NCBI RefSeq assembly: GCF_000150275.1
Contig: NW_002060946.1
Coordinates: 3,863,454-3,927,453 of the forward strand
Source of the DNA: Trichoplax adhaerens
Lineage: Eukaryota; Animalia; Placozoa
DNA: 64,000 bases
Direction: 5' to 3'
Under the pieces are notes generated by a model, which ran no database searches, was not told the origin of the DNA, and saw nothing but the letters and a program-made list of their open reading frames with translations. Positions 43,574 to 55,397 of this stretch are shown piece after piece; position 1 is the stretch's first letter, and each line of letters opens with the position of its first letter. The position numbers and the translations under genes are program-made.

Positions 43574-46500
43574 TTATCTAATTTTGTTAACGACGTTCAG
43601 CTTCTGTTCTAGGAATGAAATCGTTTGATCTTTCTCTTGCATTTGTGATTGTAATTGTTCGACAGCAGTGTATAATTCTTTGAAAGAACGCATAAGACTT
43701 GCAATTTCTGCATCTTTTTGTTCCATTTTTTTTTCCATTGTTGCAATGATCTATATTCATGATCAATACCATAAATTTATTAGTATCATAGTTGCTCATG
43801 TACAACATCGTCAGCTTAAGTTAGATTGTCTTTGTTAATGTGCTACTTTATGTCGGTAAACCTGGTCTGCAGATTTGTAATACTTTAATTTCAAGATTTC
43901 ACTTGCACTAGGTCTTTTGGTAGAGTCTTTATTAGTCATTAACAATATCGTTTCGCTCTGGAAGATAAAGCATAAAAAAAATCATGTTCTTGATAATTAA
44001 ATACATAAGTTATACTACGTGACGAATGATTAAAATAACAGTTAAAATGATCTATAACCTCTTCAGGCCATTCTTGTAAAAATTTGCTCGGCAAGATTCC
44101 ATCTCGCATCTTACTTATTGTTGTCACTCTCTCCATATCAGTACCAAACACATGGAAAAGTTCGAAAAGTATTACGCCTAGGCTATAGATATCGGACTAT
44201 AAGAGAAAATGAATAAATTAAATAATTATGACCGTAACACTTATTTCCGGAATACTAATATATTAAGGCTAATCAAAGAGTTACTGGTAATGCATTGATA
44301 AAGCCGTAGAGATCGTGATCGAAATAGAGCATACGAATATAACATATACGGTATGTGCTATGCATCGTTGAGAAGTCTTTGCAACACTTACTTTGCTATC
44401 ATAACATGAGCCGCTTTTTTGTTCCGGAGAGGCATAAAGAGTAGTCCCGACTCCGGAAGTTAGATCAGGGTCGGAATTAATATCTACTGGTTATATAAAA
44501 TACAAATGGTGATATCAAATGAGGACTATCTTTTTACAATCCTGTCAAAAGGTTGATATACCTATATTTATAATAATACAACATGTTACATCTTACAGTT
44601 TTTGTTAGTTGAAACGTTTTCTTCCTTATCAGATGTCAGTGTTGCAAGTCCAAAATCTCCAATCATTACTTGACCGTCAGCGTTGTTTACAAAGAAAATG
44701 TTATGGGGCTAGAATAAAATAGGAAATTGAATACTTCAGACGCTAGACGTATACTTACTGCCAATTGATTTAATAAGTATGAATGAATGCAAGTACAAGA
44801 CAATCTACCTTGATATCACGATGAATTAAACCTTGAGAATGTATGTAATCGATGCCTTCCAATAATTGTTTAAAAATGCGAAAATTTTGTGCTGGATTGA
44901 CACCGCAGTGACCTGAAGAACCATATGATAAATGGTAATTCGGTATAAATGATTCATATCAAAATTTCAAACAAATTAATGAAATGACAACTAACAATTA
45001 TTTGTGACGTCAAAATTTCGCTCGACCAACCAATTTTTTAGTGTATTTTTACAAAGACGCATTTGAATATAAAGTACAACTTTATTTGATGGACCAATCT
45101 AAAAACGATCATAGAAAGAGTTATATTATTAAATAATAGAAAGTGCGATAATAAAGGTATGAAAATAATTAGTGATTTTTTAACTTACTCCAAAAGGAGA
45201 CGAGGGACTTCTTGGAAATGGTATTCTAAAGTTACTTGGACTGCCACCTCTATATAACATTAATGCATCATTCATCGAAACGCTACGATGAAAGGACGAG
45301 CTTGTATCATTTATGGAACTTTTTGACAAAGATGATAATGAAATTTCGCTTGGATACATCTTAGATAATAAGAACTTCTTTGCAGATGAGGACATGTCTC
45401 GTCGACTAATGGACTTTAATTTTTGAATCAAGCGCTTTTTACGGTTTTTCGCTTCTAAACTGTGAGATGAAATATCTTGTAATCTTTGTGCTTTACTTGC
45501 ATTTGATGTAGAGCTGGTAGTTTTACTGGTACTTTCATTTGCTCTATTTTCTGATATTTTAATTGACGACGATTTATCAATTATTTCAAATACGATGCCA
45601 TCACTATCTTCACTATCGTTAGTATTTCTCTGTAAATCATTGCTATTAGCAAATCTGTCGTACAAATAAAAATATTTATAGAGCTTTAGTATTTGCAGAT
45701 TGACTCCAAAGGCCATAAGCTGCATAAAAGAGAAATCAATATAGTGTATGTTTATGAGTGTGCTAATAATAACTGTATCATATCTAATGATTATTGTTAG
45801 TTTAATTTCGTACTTGTCATAAGTGGAATCATCAACGTTAGTTGATAGATGAGAAGTAACTTGTGAATTACTAGTACCGGAAACTTTGTAGTTAATAAAA
45901 ACAAATTAGGTAGTTGCTTCAAGTTGTTACGAATTTATGGAAAAATATGTAGGTAAGATATACACTCCCAAAAGTTCAACATTAGGAAGCGTTAATAACA
46001 GAAATTGAATCAGCCTGCATGTACTAGTATAACGGTTAGAAAGGAAAAATTAAATTTTACCGGAATCAATTTCATCCATTGTTTCGCATTCTAGCCATGC
46101 ACTATTGTATCGAACTATATTCGGATGTTCAAGGCGTGATAATACACGGACTTCTCGGAATACCTTAATAATTAAAAGACATGTATTTGATGAAAACTTG
46201 GTATACCGTAGTAATAATGCAAGTACAGTATATAATTTTATAGCCATACAAAGCATCTAACGATGTCAGACAGTATGAAAAATTTTAAAGTGATTACTTT
46301 TTATTAATAAAAGATAGAAGCCTAAGTCATGGATATACAACTATTACAAATGATAAACATTTTAGATCTTTTAAATAGTTACATAGAAACATATATTAAT
46401 AAAACTTTAAAAGATTTTTATGAGGAATACCTTTTCAACTTCTTCTAGTTTTACATGTATCTTTTTGATTGCATACGAATTACGATCAACTTTGTGAACA

Positions 46501-49500
46501 GCCTAATATTACAGGTAACATGGTTAGGAAGTGAAAATTTTTCTGACAAATGATCGTATCCGGAGAAACGTATTAATTGCATATTAGGAAAGTTACTTTG
46601 AATACACGTCCGAAGCCGCCACCACCAAGAAATCCAAGTTCTTCAAATTCTCGATGGTAATGCGACGATATAGTAAATGTTTCTGAACCGCTAGAGAATA
46701 GCAATTCCAATTGAAAGGGAATATTTCCATTAGCTCCTAATATTGACTGATTTACTGACATAATAGAAAGGCCCTATAATAAATAGCATTTTTGGAGTTA
46801 GTTGTTACAGTCACGTCTCTATTTTAGTACTCTGTTTATTCATGCCTACAGTTAACTCACATTACGTTCTAAGACCGCTTTAATAACTTGTAGAAAGTCA
46901 GAACCTAAGGAACTTCTAATTCTTGAAAACTCCTCAGCTGCGGCTATAGCTAGCGTCTATTAAGTTGTACGCAGGCTTTAGTTGCATTTATTAAGATTTA
47001 TTATTATTTACTTAATTCCGTACGTATAAGTGTTTCTTAAAGTAAACTGTGCAAAATGACGTTGATGTTATAGCAAGAACAGAATAGGTAATAATTATTA
47101 CATAGTTGAATTTAGTAGTAATATTCAGGCCGAGATAATACAATGCAGAGATAATAAGCTTTAAATATTCTTTTGCAAATTTTTTCTTATTAGGGTAAAG
47201 AATAAAGAAGCTATTGGTGTGTTAAGGCTATTTATCAATATTAGTCGATAGCGATTATACCTTGTGTTTGAGATGAGATTGGATAATGTCTGACGGGTAG
47301 TTATCCAGGGCAGTAAATATATACATACAATATATGAATATAGCATACAAAGAAATAAGATAAGTTTGATATAAGGCACTACAGTAGGTATAATAAATAT
47401 ATCTAATATCTTTTAAACGTATTATTCGATTTTAAATTGCTAGACGTGATAGGTGTTAAACACTAACAATATATAAGTATGTAATACACTGCAGTAAGTA
47501 GGATATGTTAAATATCTTTGAGATGTATTCTTGAATTTTAAATTGTATAACGTAACAAGTGTTGAATATGGACAATACATGAGTACGTTAACAAAATCGA
47601 TCAGGTAGAGTAATACTGTATAGATAAAGTTTGCTTATTCTATCTTCCTATAACTAACAACATGTAACGCACGTTTCAACTTACCTCTTATAATCTTCTT
47701 GATCTGCTGTTCGTCAGCACCGCATAATTTGAGATATTGTTCTGCCATAGTGATCAGCATAATACCTGTATCGATATTACTCATTGACTCGGAGTCGAAA
47801 GTTTTAGCTAACAAATCATATATCGTCGAAGAACCAGCATTTGCAAAACCAGTTCTAGCAAATTCAATGTGATCGATACTGTAATCGACAATATTTTCTG
47901 ATGGATCAAAAGCATGTGTTTGTTTGCTTTCATACTGGTGCATGCTGCTGACAGCCTGGACATTATTCGAGAGTAGATCGCTATCTGTAATAGAAATAGA
48001 ACAAAAATGATTACTGTGTAACAGAATCAACATACTTGTACAGAGTAGAATATTTGTATATTCTATATAGTTTCTATATATCCGATGTTATGACATCAAA
48101 TACTAATTAGTTATTGTAATGAGATATAGAAGCGCCCATATAGTAAATAATAACGGCCTGGAGCTTGTGTGGTAGCATTGCAATTGAATATCTCAAGAAT
48201 CGCCAGTTGATGATATGATAAAATAACTTTGATATTCAATAGATGGTTGCTTCGTCTCACGATCTTATTTACAATTAAACGATAATAATATAATATGTAG
48301 TACTCGTAGAATGTACGGGTCGTTAACAGGTTAGATATAGCGGTCCAGTTTAACGTGCCTATTTTTATATTTTACGTCAACTGAGACATGTTTAGGCATT
48401 GAAAGGAGTTTATACAGAAAAGGGATGCGAATTGATGAATGGTATCCTAAAATGTTCTATGTCATGGCTATCCGTAGTATTTCTGATTAATGAATGATTA
48501 TTTTATTAAAAGGTGGAGGAGAGCCTTTTAAAAGTAGACAATACATGACATAGTTGTAGGATACAATTGATGTTATCTGTGTGGATAATAACACAACAGA
48601 ACAAATAGTAAGTCAGCAGAACAAGCGGTAGTACAGTAATTCTTGTTAGCATCAATCTGCTTATTATCCTTACGTAGTGTATAATGTATTTGATATTAAG
48701 GGAATCAGATATAATTTACTTTCTGAATGGACGCAACTCCTAACACAATCCATTACATTAAGCAATCTCTACTAGTAATGCCAATAATTATTCAACGTCC
48801 CATAGTGTGCGGCACGCCAATTATACGCATATATAAAGACATTCAGGCTATTACTTAATCTACTCCATTGATATACTCGTATAATTTGATTCTGGGAATT
48901 ATTTTAAAATGATCGCGATGGTTGAAGAGTTCTTCAAGGCGTTGCATCTCTGTAAGCATATTGTAATTTATTGTACACTTGTCAATAGTTCAGAAATAGT
49001 AGATGGAGTTTTAAGAGATTAAGAAATAACTTTAAACGTATATTAATATCAACAAGAGAATAATCAGTTGCAATCAGGGATTAAGGAGACAAGAGATAGA
49101 ATAGATTAGATTAAATTAAAAATGTTGATATCTTGATTTTGAACAAGATTGAATTTGACGTCAGATCCGTCTGTCTGTTCTTGTCAATTGCTCTTATACT
49201 GTAAATAGACCAAGGTGTCCATCAAGTCGTCAGTAAATCACTATCGTATGATGGGATCGATCCTACAAGTGTGGCGATGGAAGCAATCCAAAATGCTATT
49301 TAATTACTCGAATTCGACCTATAGTAGACTCATGGTATCAAATTTAGGGAAGTCTAATGTGGTATTTTTATTTATTCTATGTCAGTTATTGGTTCAAGTA
49401 TGTATGAATGTGGTTTACGTAGAACACTACAGTATAGTACAGGATAATATGACTAGTATAATCAATATTGTTAATATTGTTATGATCTTTACCATCGAAT

Positions 49501-49568
49501 TCAGTATGAGGTCCGGGCGATTCAAGGCCGTCTTCGGAAATATCGCTAAGCTGATCGGTTTCATTCAT
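43574..49568 (-). CDS. EIF2AK1: eIF2-alpha kinase HRI
   Basis: About 16 GT-AG exons including a 29-nt exon (~47289-47261). Motifs SHYHREFEELGFLGGGGFGRVFK, YAIKKI, VFREVRVLSRLEHPNIVRYNSAW, Ser-rich kinase insert, LYIQMRLC, HRDIKPHNIF, IGDFGLA, TSGVGTTLYASPEQ, SDIYSLGVILFELFHVFGTDMER. The N-terminal EEFSRIR helix and the C-terminal coiled coil (MEQKDAEIASL...LEQKL) are typical of HRI; no dsRBD, RWD or TM domain. Confidence 0.88.
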
Positions 49569-50034
49569 GTCGACATTCTTGTAACGTTAACTTGATAGAT
49601 AATGCACTTGATCCACGACGGGTAAAGGGATAAAGATAATTGTAAGTTATTTATTTATTTTAGGGTGTTGGTTGGCTTGATGCAAGATTGCATTTTAATT
49701 AGAAGCTTGTCGCCTGATAGAAAATTGCTTCAATATTGTAGTAATGTTGATGTCGATTGGCTAAAGTAGCTACAATAGCCGATTGCTACTCATCTTGAAT
49801 CAATCTCAACTCTCCAATACGACAATAACTCTTTTGGTATGGAAAGAACTGTAGAAGAAGGAGAATTTGACCAATATTAATGGCAGGCCTAACCCATGAG
49901 CACCAGCACCATCATGTTGTTTACAATCTGTGCGATTGACTACGCCCGCTCAGTATTCACTCCACTACAACGTCGTGATCGTTGTCTAGATCAAGTGACT
50001 GCAACAGACGATCGATCGCTAGCCTATCGTAGTA

Positions 50035-50510
50035 TTGTCATTGGTGATATGTTTAAGACACTAGACAATCGGCAGACGGGTCATACTTTTGAATTGAATC
50101 GCTTGGCTTGGTACCGCCTGCGGCTGCGTGTGGCTGTATCGTACCATACTGAACGTCGGATGCACGACAGATACGTAGTCACAACTGATTGGTTGCAGAG
50201 TTGAAAGAACTTTCTAGAAGACTGCTCGCGTACCAATGCGGTACTCCCCTACTCCGCTAGTATGGTATGGTTGTCATCGGTGATATGTTCAAGACACTAG
50301 ACAATCGGCGGAAGGGTCATACGCTTTTGAATTGGATCGCTTGGCTTGGTACCGTCTGCGTCTGCGTCTGGCTGTATGGAACCGTACTGAACGTCGGATG
50401 CACGACAGATACTGTACGTAGTCACAACTAATTGGTTGCAGAGTCGAAAGAACTTTCTAGAAGACTACAACATAAGCGTTCGCGTACCAATACTCTACTA
50501 GTATGGTATG
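50035..50510. repeat. 236-bp tandem duplication upstream of HRI
   Basis: ttgtcat(t/c)ggtgatatgtt.aagacactagacaatcggc...attggttgcagagt.gaaagaactttctagaagact at 50035 and 50271. Confidence 0.9.
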
Positions 50511-50511
50511 G

Positions 50512-51822
50512 TACTACAAAGCAGAACAACTATTGTCTGCATCATTCCACAATCAAATCATCAAGCTCGGAGCTCAAATTCAGCTCGTGAGCAGAAATGA
50601 TCGCTCTAAAACGCTTATACAAGCTACCGAGATGGCATTTTGCTCTTGCTGTAAAGCATACGCACATTAACTAGTTTTGCAGAGTTTGGACCAGTGTACT
50701 GTACACTGTATGGTCGGTTCAATCAACATACTGTACTGTACAGTACAGTACAGTACAGTACAAGTCCAGCTGTAAATAGACTGTGACTGGTACTGTCATA
50801 CAGTACAAACTACTATCTTACAGTACTGTACACTCTACTACAAAGCAGAACGACTATTGTCTGCGTCATTCCACAATCAAATCATCAAGTTCAGATCGTG
50901 AGCGCCTAAATCGCTTATGCAAGCTACCGAGATGGCATTTTGCTCTTGCTGTAAAGCATACGTACTGTATATTAACTAGTTTTGCAGAGTTTGGATTAGA
51001 CCAGTCAGTGATCGCTTCAATCAGCATAAAGTACTGTACTGTATGTACTGTACAGTGTACAGTACAAGTCACGCTGTAAATAAACTGTGACTGGTGCTGT
51101 CATACTGTACTGTACTGTACAGTGTACAGTACAGTAGTTATACGGTACAAACTACTATCTTACAGTACAGTACAGTACTGTACTGTACTGTACGTATATC
51201 TCGCATGGGCTACCACTCTACCAGTCCATGCTACAGTATACTGTACTGCACTGTAGACGCGTATGCAGCACTCTACTACAAAGTAGAACGACTACTGTCT
51301 GTGGCATTCCACAATCAAATCATCAAGCTCGGAGCTCAAGTTCAGCTCGTGAGCAGAATGATCGCTCTAAATCGCTTATGCAAGCTACCGAGATGGCATT
51401 TTGCTCTTACTGTAAAGCATACATTAACTAGTTTTGCAGATTTTGGATTAGACCAGTGGTCGCTTCAATCAGCATACAGTATGTACTTTACAGTGTACAG
51501 TACAAGTCACGCTGCAAATAGACTGTGACTGGTGCTGTCATAGTTACACAAACTACTATCTTACAGTACTGTACAGTATATCTCGCATGGGCTACCAGTC
51601 CATACTGCAGTATACTGTACTGCACTGTAGACGCGTATGCAGCACTCTACTACAAAGCAGAACGACTGCTGTCTGCGTCATTCCACAATCAAATCATCAA
51701 GCTCGGAGCTCAAATTCAGCTCGTGAGCAGAAATGATCGCTCTAAATCGCTTATGCAAGCTACCGAGATGGCATTTTGCTCTTACTGTAAAGCATACATT
51801 AACTAGTTTTGCAGAGTTTGGA
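50512..51822 (+). repeat. four tandem copies of the DDX28 5' segment (TACTGTAC tract, leader and first ~30 codons); only the fourth continues into the gene
   Basis: ctacaaagcagaac...cattccacaatcaaatcatcaag...aagctaccgagatggcattttgctctt.ctgtaaagcatac...attaactagttttgcaga.tttgga at ~50515, ~50836, ~51276 and ~51650. Confidence 0.92.
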
Positions 51823-54800
51823 TTTCGAGAGGAAGTCATGACTGTCTTGGATAGTTTGGGTTTCTCTCAACCGACACCAGTCCAACTTCAGGTTAGGTCT
51901 TATCATCCAGGATTGCAGTGGTTGCATGCTGCAGCCAAAAAATAAAACATCTCTTCATCAAGCTTATGCATGATATAAGATGTTCACACAGCATTAATAA
52001 TCAACGCTATTCAATGGATGATAATAGTGTAGATATTATGATAAAATTGTGGATACTACATGCGATGAATTTGAATAGAGTCCTCAAATTTCACCCTACA
52101 TACGTATACGCAATGCTAATTGATTCGGTCGCACAGCTCTAAAGTTAAATTACTCTACAAGTGTACATATACAGCGGTATATGATTATATTATTGACAGT
52201 TGTATGAACAGATTGATGTTACTAGCGAGAGAATATTAAAATAAAACAATTCTACAATCATTTCATGTAGATGTACAGTACCGATTATCATCAATATCAA
52301 GTATTACTAGCATAAAAGTGGGAATAATTCATTTCCTATACAAATCAATTTTTGTAACCTTCAGTTCAACTATTGCCATTCCTATCATCAAAAATGGACT
52401 GTAATAGTTGGAACAGGATGTTATTGATATTGAATAAATAGCACCTTTTTAAGCTAATTATTTTTAGCATGTACTTATGAATGATATTGTTATTCATATA
52501 GTCAATCAAGGCCGTCATGGAAGGACGTAATGTAATCATAAATTCAGAAACAGGAAGCGGAAAAACTCTCTGTAATTATATTTGTAATTTTTTCATATCT
52601 TGCTCTAGCACTGGTATGTCATAATTTGTCATCAGTAGTCAATATTGTCTGTAAAGCAATACGCAGTCATAGATATCGCGAAAAGATTCCATCATAAAGT
52701 AACAATAACTATTCTTGACAATGACTACGAGCTACTATTTAAAACTAAGACGAAATAGACTCTACTGATAGGTAATCATACTGTAGACGTAGACATTTAC
52801 TTTATACGAGTACTGGATTTGATTCATGCTATCAATGCTGCTTACATCTACTGGATAAATTATTTACGTTAATACAGTAAATTCTATAGCAGCATCGTTT
52901 ACTCTCTACCTTGTATTTTAATATTCATTGACTAGGTTATCTTTTGCCCCTGATAAATAAGTTATATTCCGACTATGAGCTAGGCCCAATAGTACCGCGT
53001 GCATTGATATTGGCACCGACTGCTGAATTAGTACATCAGGTAGGAACAAGCAAACTGTACAACGCCTACATTTCTACTGTGATACTCTGTAACAGCAACA
53101 AAATCATGCATTTCATTCTTCTATGGTACAACAGATACATCAGTAAAGCTACAATGAGTGATCCATATATACATATATTCTTATTTTAGATATCAACCGT
53201 ATTCCGAAGCTTGGTACCAAATAATCAATTTACTGCATCCATTGTTACATCAAAAAGCACCCTATTGATAAAAGATAATACAGCTGCAATTATTGGTGTT
53301 CCCCATAACATTACCACATATCATGCGCCATCGTTACTGAATAGTATTGAAACGATTATTGTAGACGAAGCAGATGCTTTAGTTACTGGAAGTGCTAGCC
53401 GTGATGTTTGGACAATGCTCAATTGTAAACGATTAATGGTTGAATCGAAGAAGGCAGACGAGGAAAAACAGACAAAAATGACGGAAGTAAATGTAGAAAT
53501 ATCAAGTAGTTCTAAACGCATACCCAACCTTCGTCGTGGTAGTTCCATTACTCGACATGGATTAGATAGTAAAAATTGCCAGTATTTATTTGTAGGAGCA
53601 ACCTTACCTTCTAATAATAATGAAAAATCTGAATATGGCATAATACATGGATGGCTCAAAAAGTTAAACCCTACATTAGTGCATTTAGCTCGTACTGAAA
53701 ATGTTCACAAAATTATATCAACGTTACAATCGGATTGTATCATGACTAAAAATGACGAAAAATTGGAAACATTATTGCATATATTAGATAAAGTAAAAAG
53801 TAATTATAATGATGAAAACAAGATGACTCCAAACAAAAACTTAAACAGATCACCTGTAGCTAAGGGTGATCATTTAAAAATGATAGTATTTACCAATACA
53901 GCATACCATGCATTTGCATTATATCGATTTCTTGATGGTACCGATCCTAATCTAATGAAAGAGCCACAAAGGAGTGTATTACCGTTACATTTTGAACTAT
54001 TACCACCTGAACAAAAAGAAGAACTTATAAACACTGTAAATTTTGAAAAAAACTATTTTAAAGCACAGTATTCAAACGAGTGGAAAGGCAGGTTAGTATC
54101 TTGTAAGAAAATCCTTCTCCTTTCATACATATGTGTGCAGCACAATACTGCATCTCGTGCACATACTGTAATAACTGAATGTTATGCTGTAATTCTTGCA
54201 TTTTACGGTACGTTAATCATTTTGTTGTACTATATATTTCAATTTTGCTAAGGTGCGGTATACTACATAAGGACATTCCAATTGAAGTAAGAGAGGAAAT
54301 TCTGAATAAATTCATCAATGGAGATATACCTATCCTCATTACAACTGATATAGCATCTAGAGGATTGGATATTCCTAACGTTACAGCAGTTATTCAATAT
54401 GATTTCGCTTTAAGTGCAGTTGATTATTTACATCGGGCTGGTCGCACCGCCCGTAGTGGAAATGAGGGGCAGTGTAAGTATTATAGCTGTAATAAGAATT
54501 TCATAAGTGGAAAAGCTTGCCTCATTTAATCTTTTTAATCGTTCATTGACTTTCACATTTTTGTAAACTGTTCTCAACATAAATGTTTATCTACGACTTT
54601 AATTTCATAAAGTAATTTAACTGATTGTTTTTTTACCTTTCAAAATATGGATTTAAAGTTTTTAGCATGGCTACTGAAAATGACAGTTTTTTGGTCGAGG
54701 CAATCAGAAATATCAAGGCTAGTGAATCGTTCGACAGCGTGTTTAGCCGCAATCGTAATCTTAGAAGAAAATTAAGAAAGCTCAAGAAGCAACAGACAGA

Positions 54801-54855
54801 CCAAAATGATATCATAGATAGCGATGAGCCAAATAGTGAAGCCGTTAATTACTAA
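51733..54855 (+). CDS. DDX28: mitochondrial DEAD-box RNA helicase, DDX28-like
   Basis: Exons 51733-51891, ~52502-52571, ~52936-53039, ~53190-54091, ~54253-54472 and ~54659-54855. Q motif SFAEFG...GFSQPTPVQ, SETGSGKT, ALILAPTAELVHQ, VDEAD, VGATLP, TDIASRGLD, DYLHRAGRTAR, and a basic non-acidic N-terminal presequence. The DEAD-box call is firm; DDX28 orthology is inferred. Confidence 0.78.
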
Positions 54856-55397
54856 GATTTTGAATAATAGAATCTTTTATTTAAAATCCATCCGTAGTAC
54901 TTCATAACAGACAATATATATTTTAAATGTTGAAATCGGTAACAGTCTGTAAGTAAATGTCAACAGCTGCAATATAAATTTCATTTTTCATTACAACATC
55001 TGCATAAAATACAAATAAATGCATATATTAACACCGAGTTTTTTCAGCTGATGAATCTTATCCAAGCACATAAGTAGATGTTACAGCAATTTATTGTGGA
55101 AATAATGACATATTACTTCAGATAATATAATTCGTTTTGGCTAATATTCCATATTCAAATAAAAACTATGTTTAGATACGGTTGCATTCTTAAAGCCCAT
55201 GCGGCATTCACAAGGAGATGGTGTCGATTTTAACAGCCAAAGCTAAAAAGCAAGCGTTGTAGGAATCTATTACAATTTTATATTATGATTACGCGATTGA
55301 GTTAAACTATAACGTAATGTAGTTATGGCACTGAAAATTAGCAATATTTACCCTATGATACATTTGAATGCTAAAAAATATTCTTGATGACATTTAG

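Noticed and set aside
28542-51806. ORFs rich in STVLYCTV/YSTVQ (28542-28772, 36479-36679, 36752-37045, 50783-51079, 50866-51072, 5' part of 51094-51528; also 7126-7308)
   Set aside because: They are translations of TACTG/CAGTA tracts and duplicated promoter DNA, not a protein repeat family.
31882-54815. Antisense ORFs 31882-32220, 39480-39668, 41059-41298, 53321-53659, 54633-54815 (also 2609-2860)
   Set aside because: Shadow frames opposite real or predicted exons, with no recognisable motifs.
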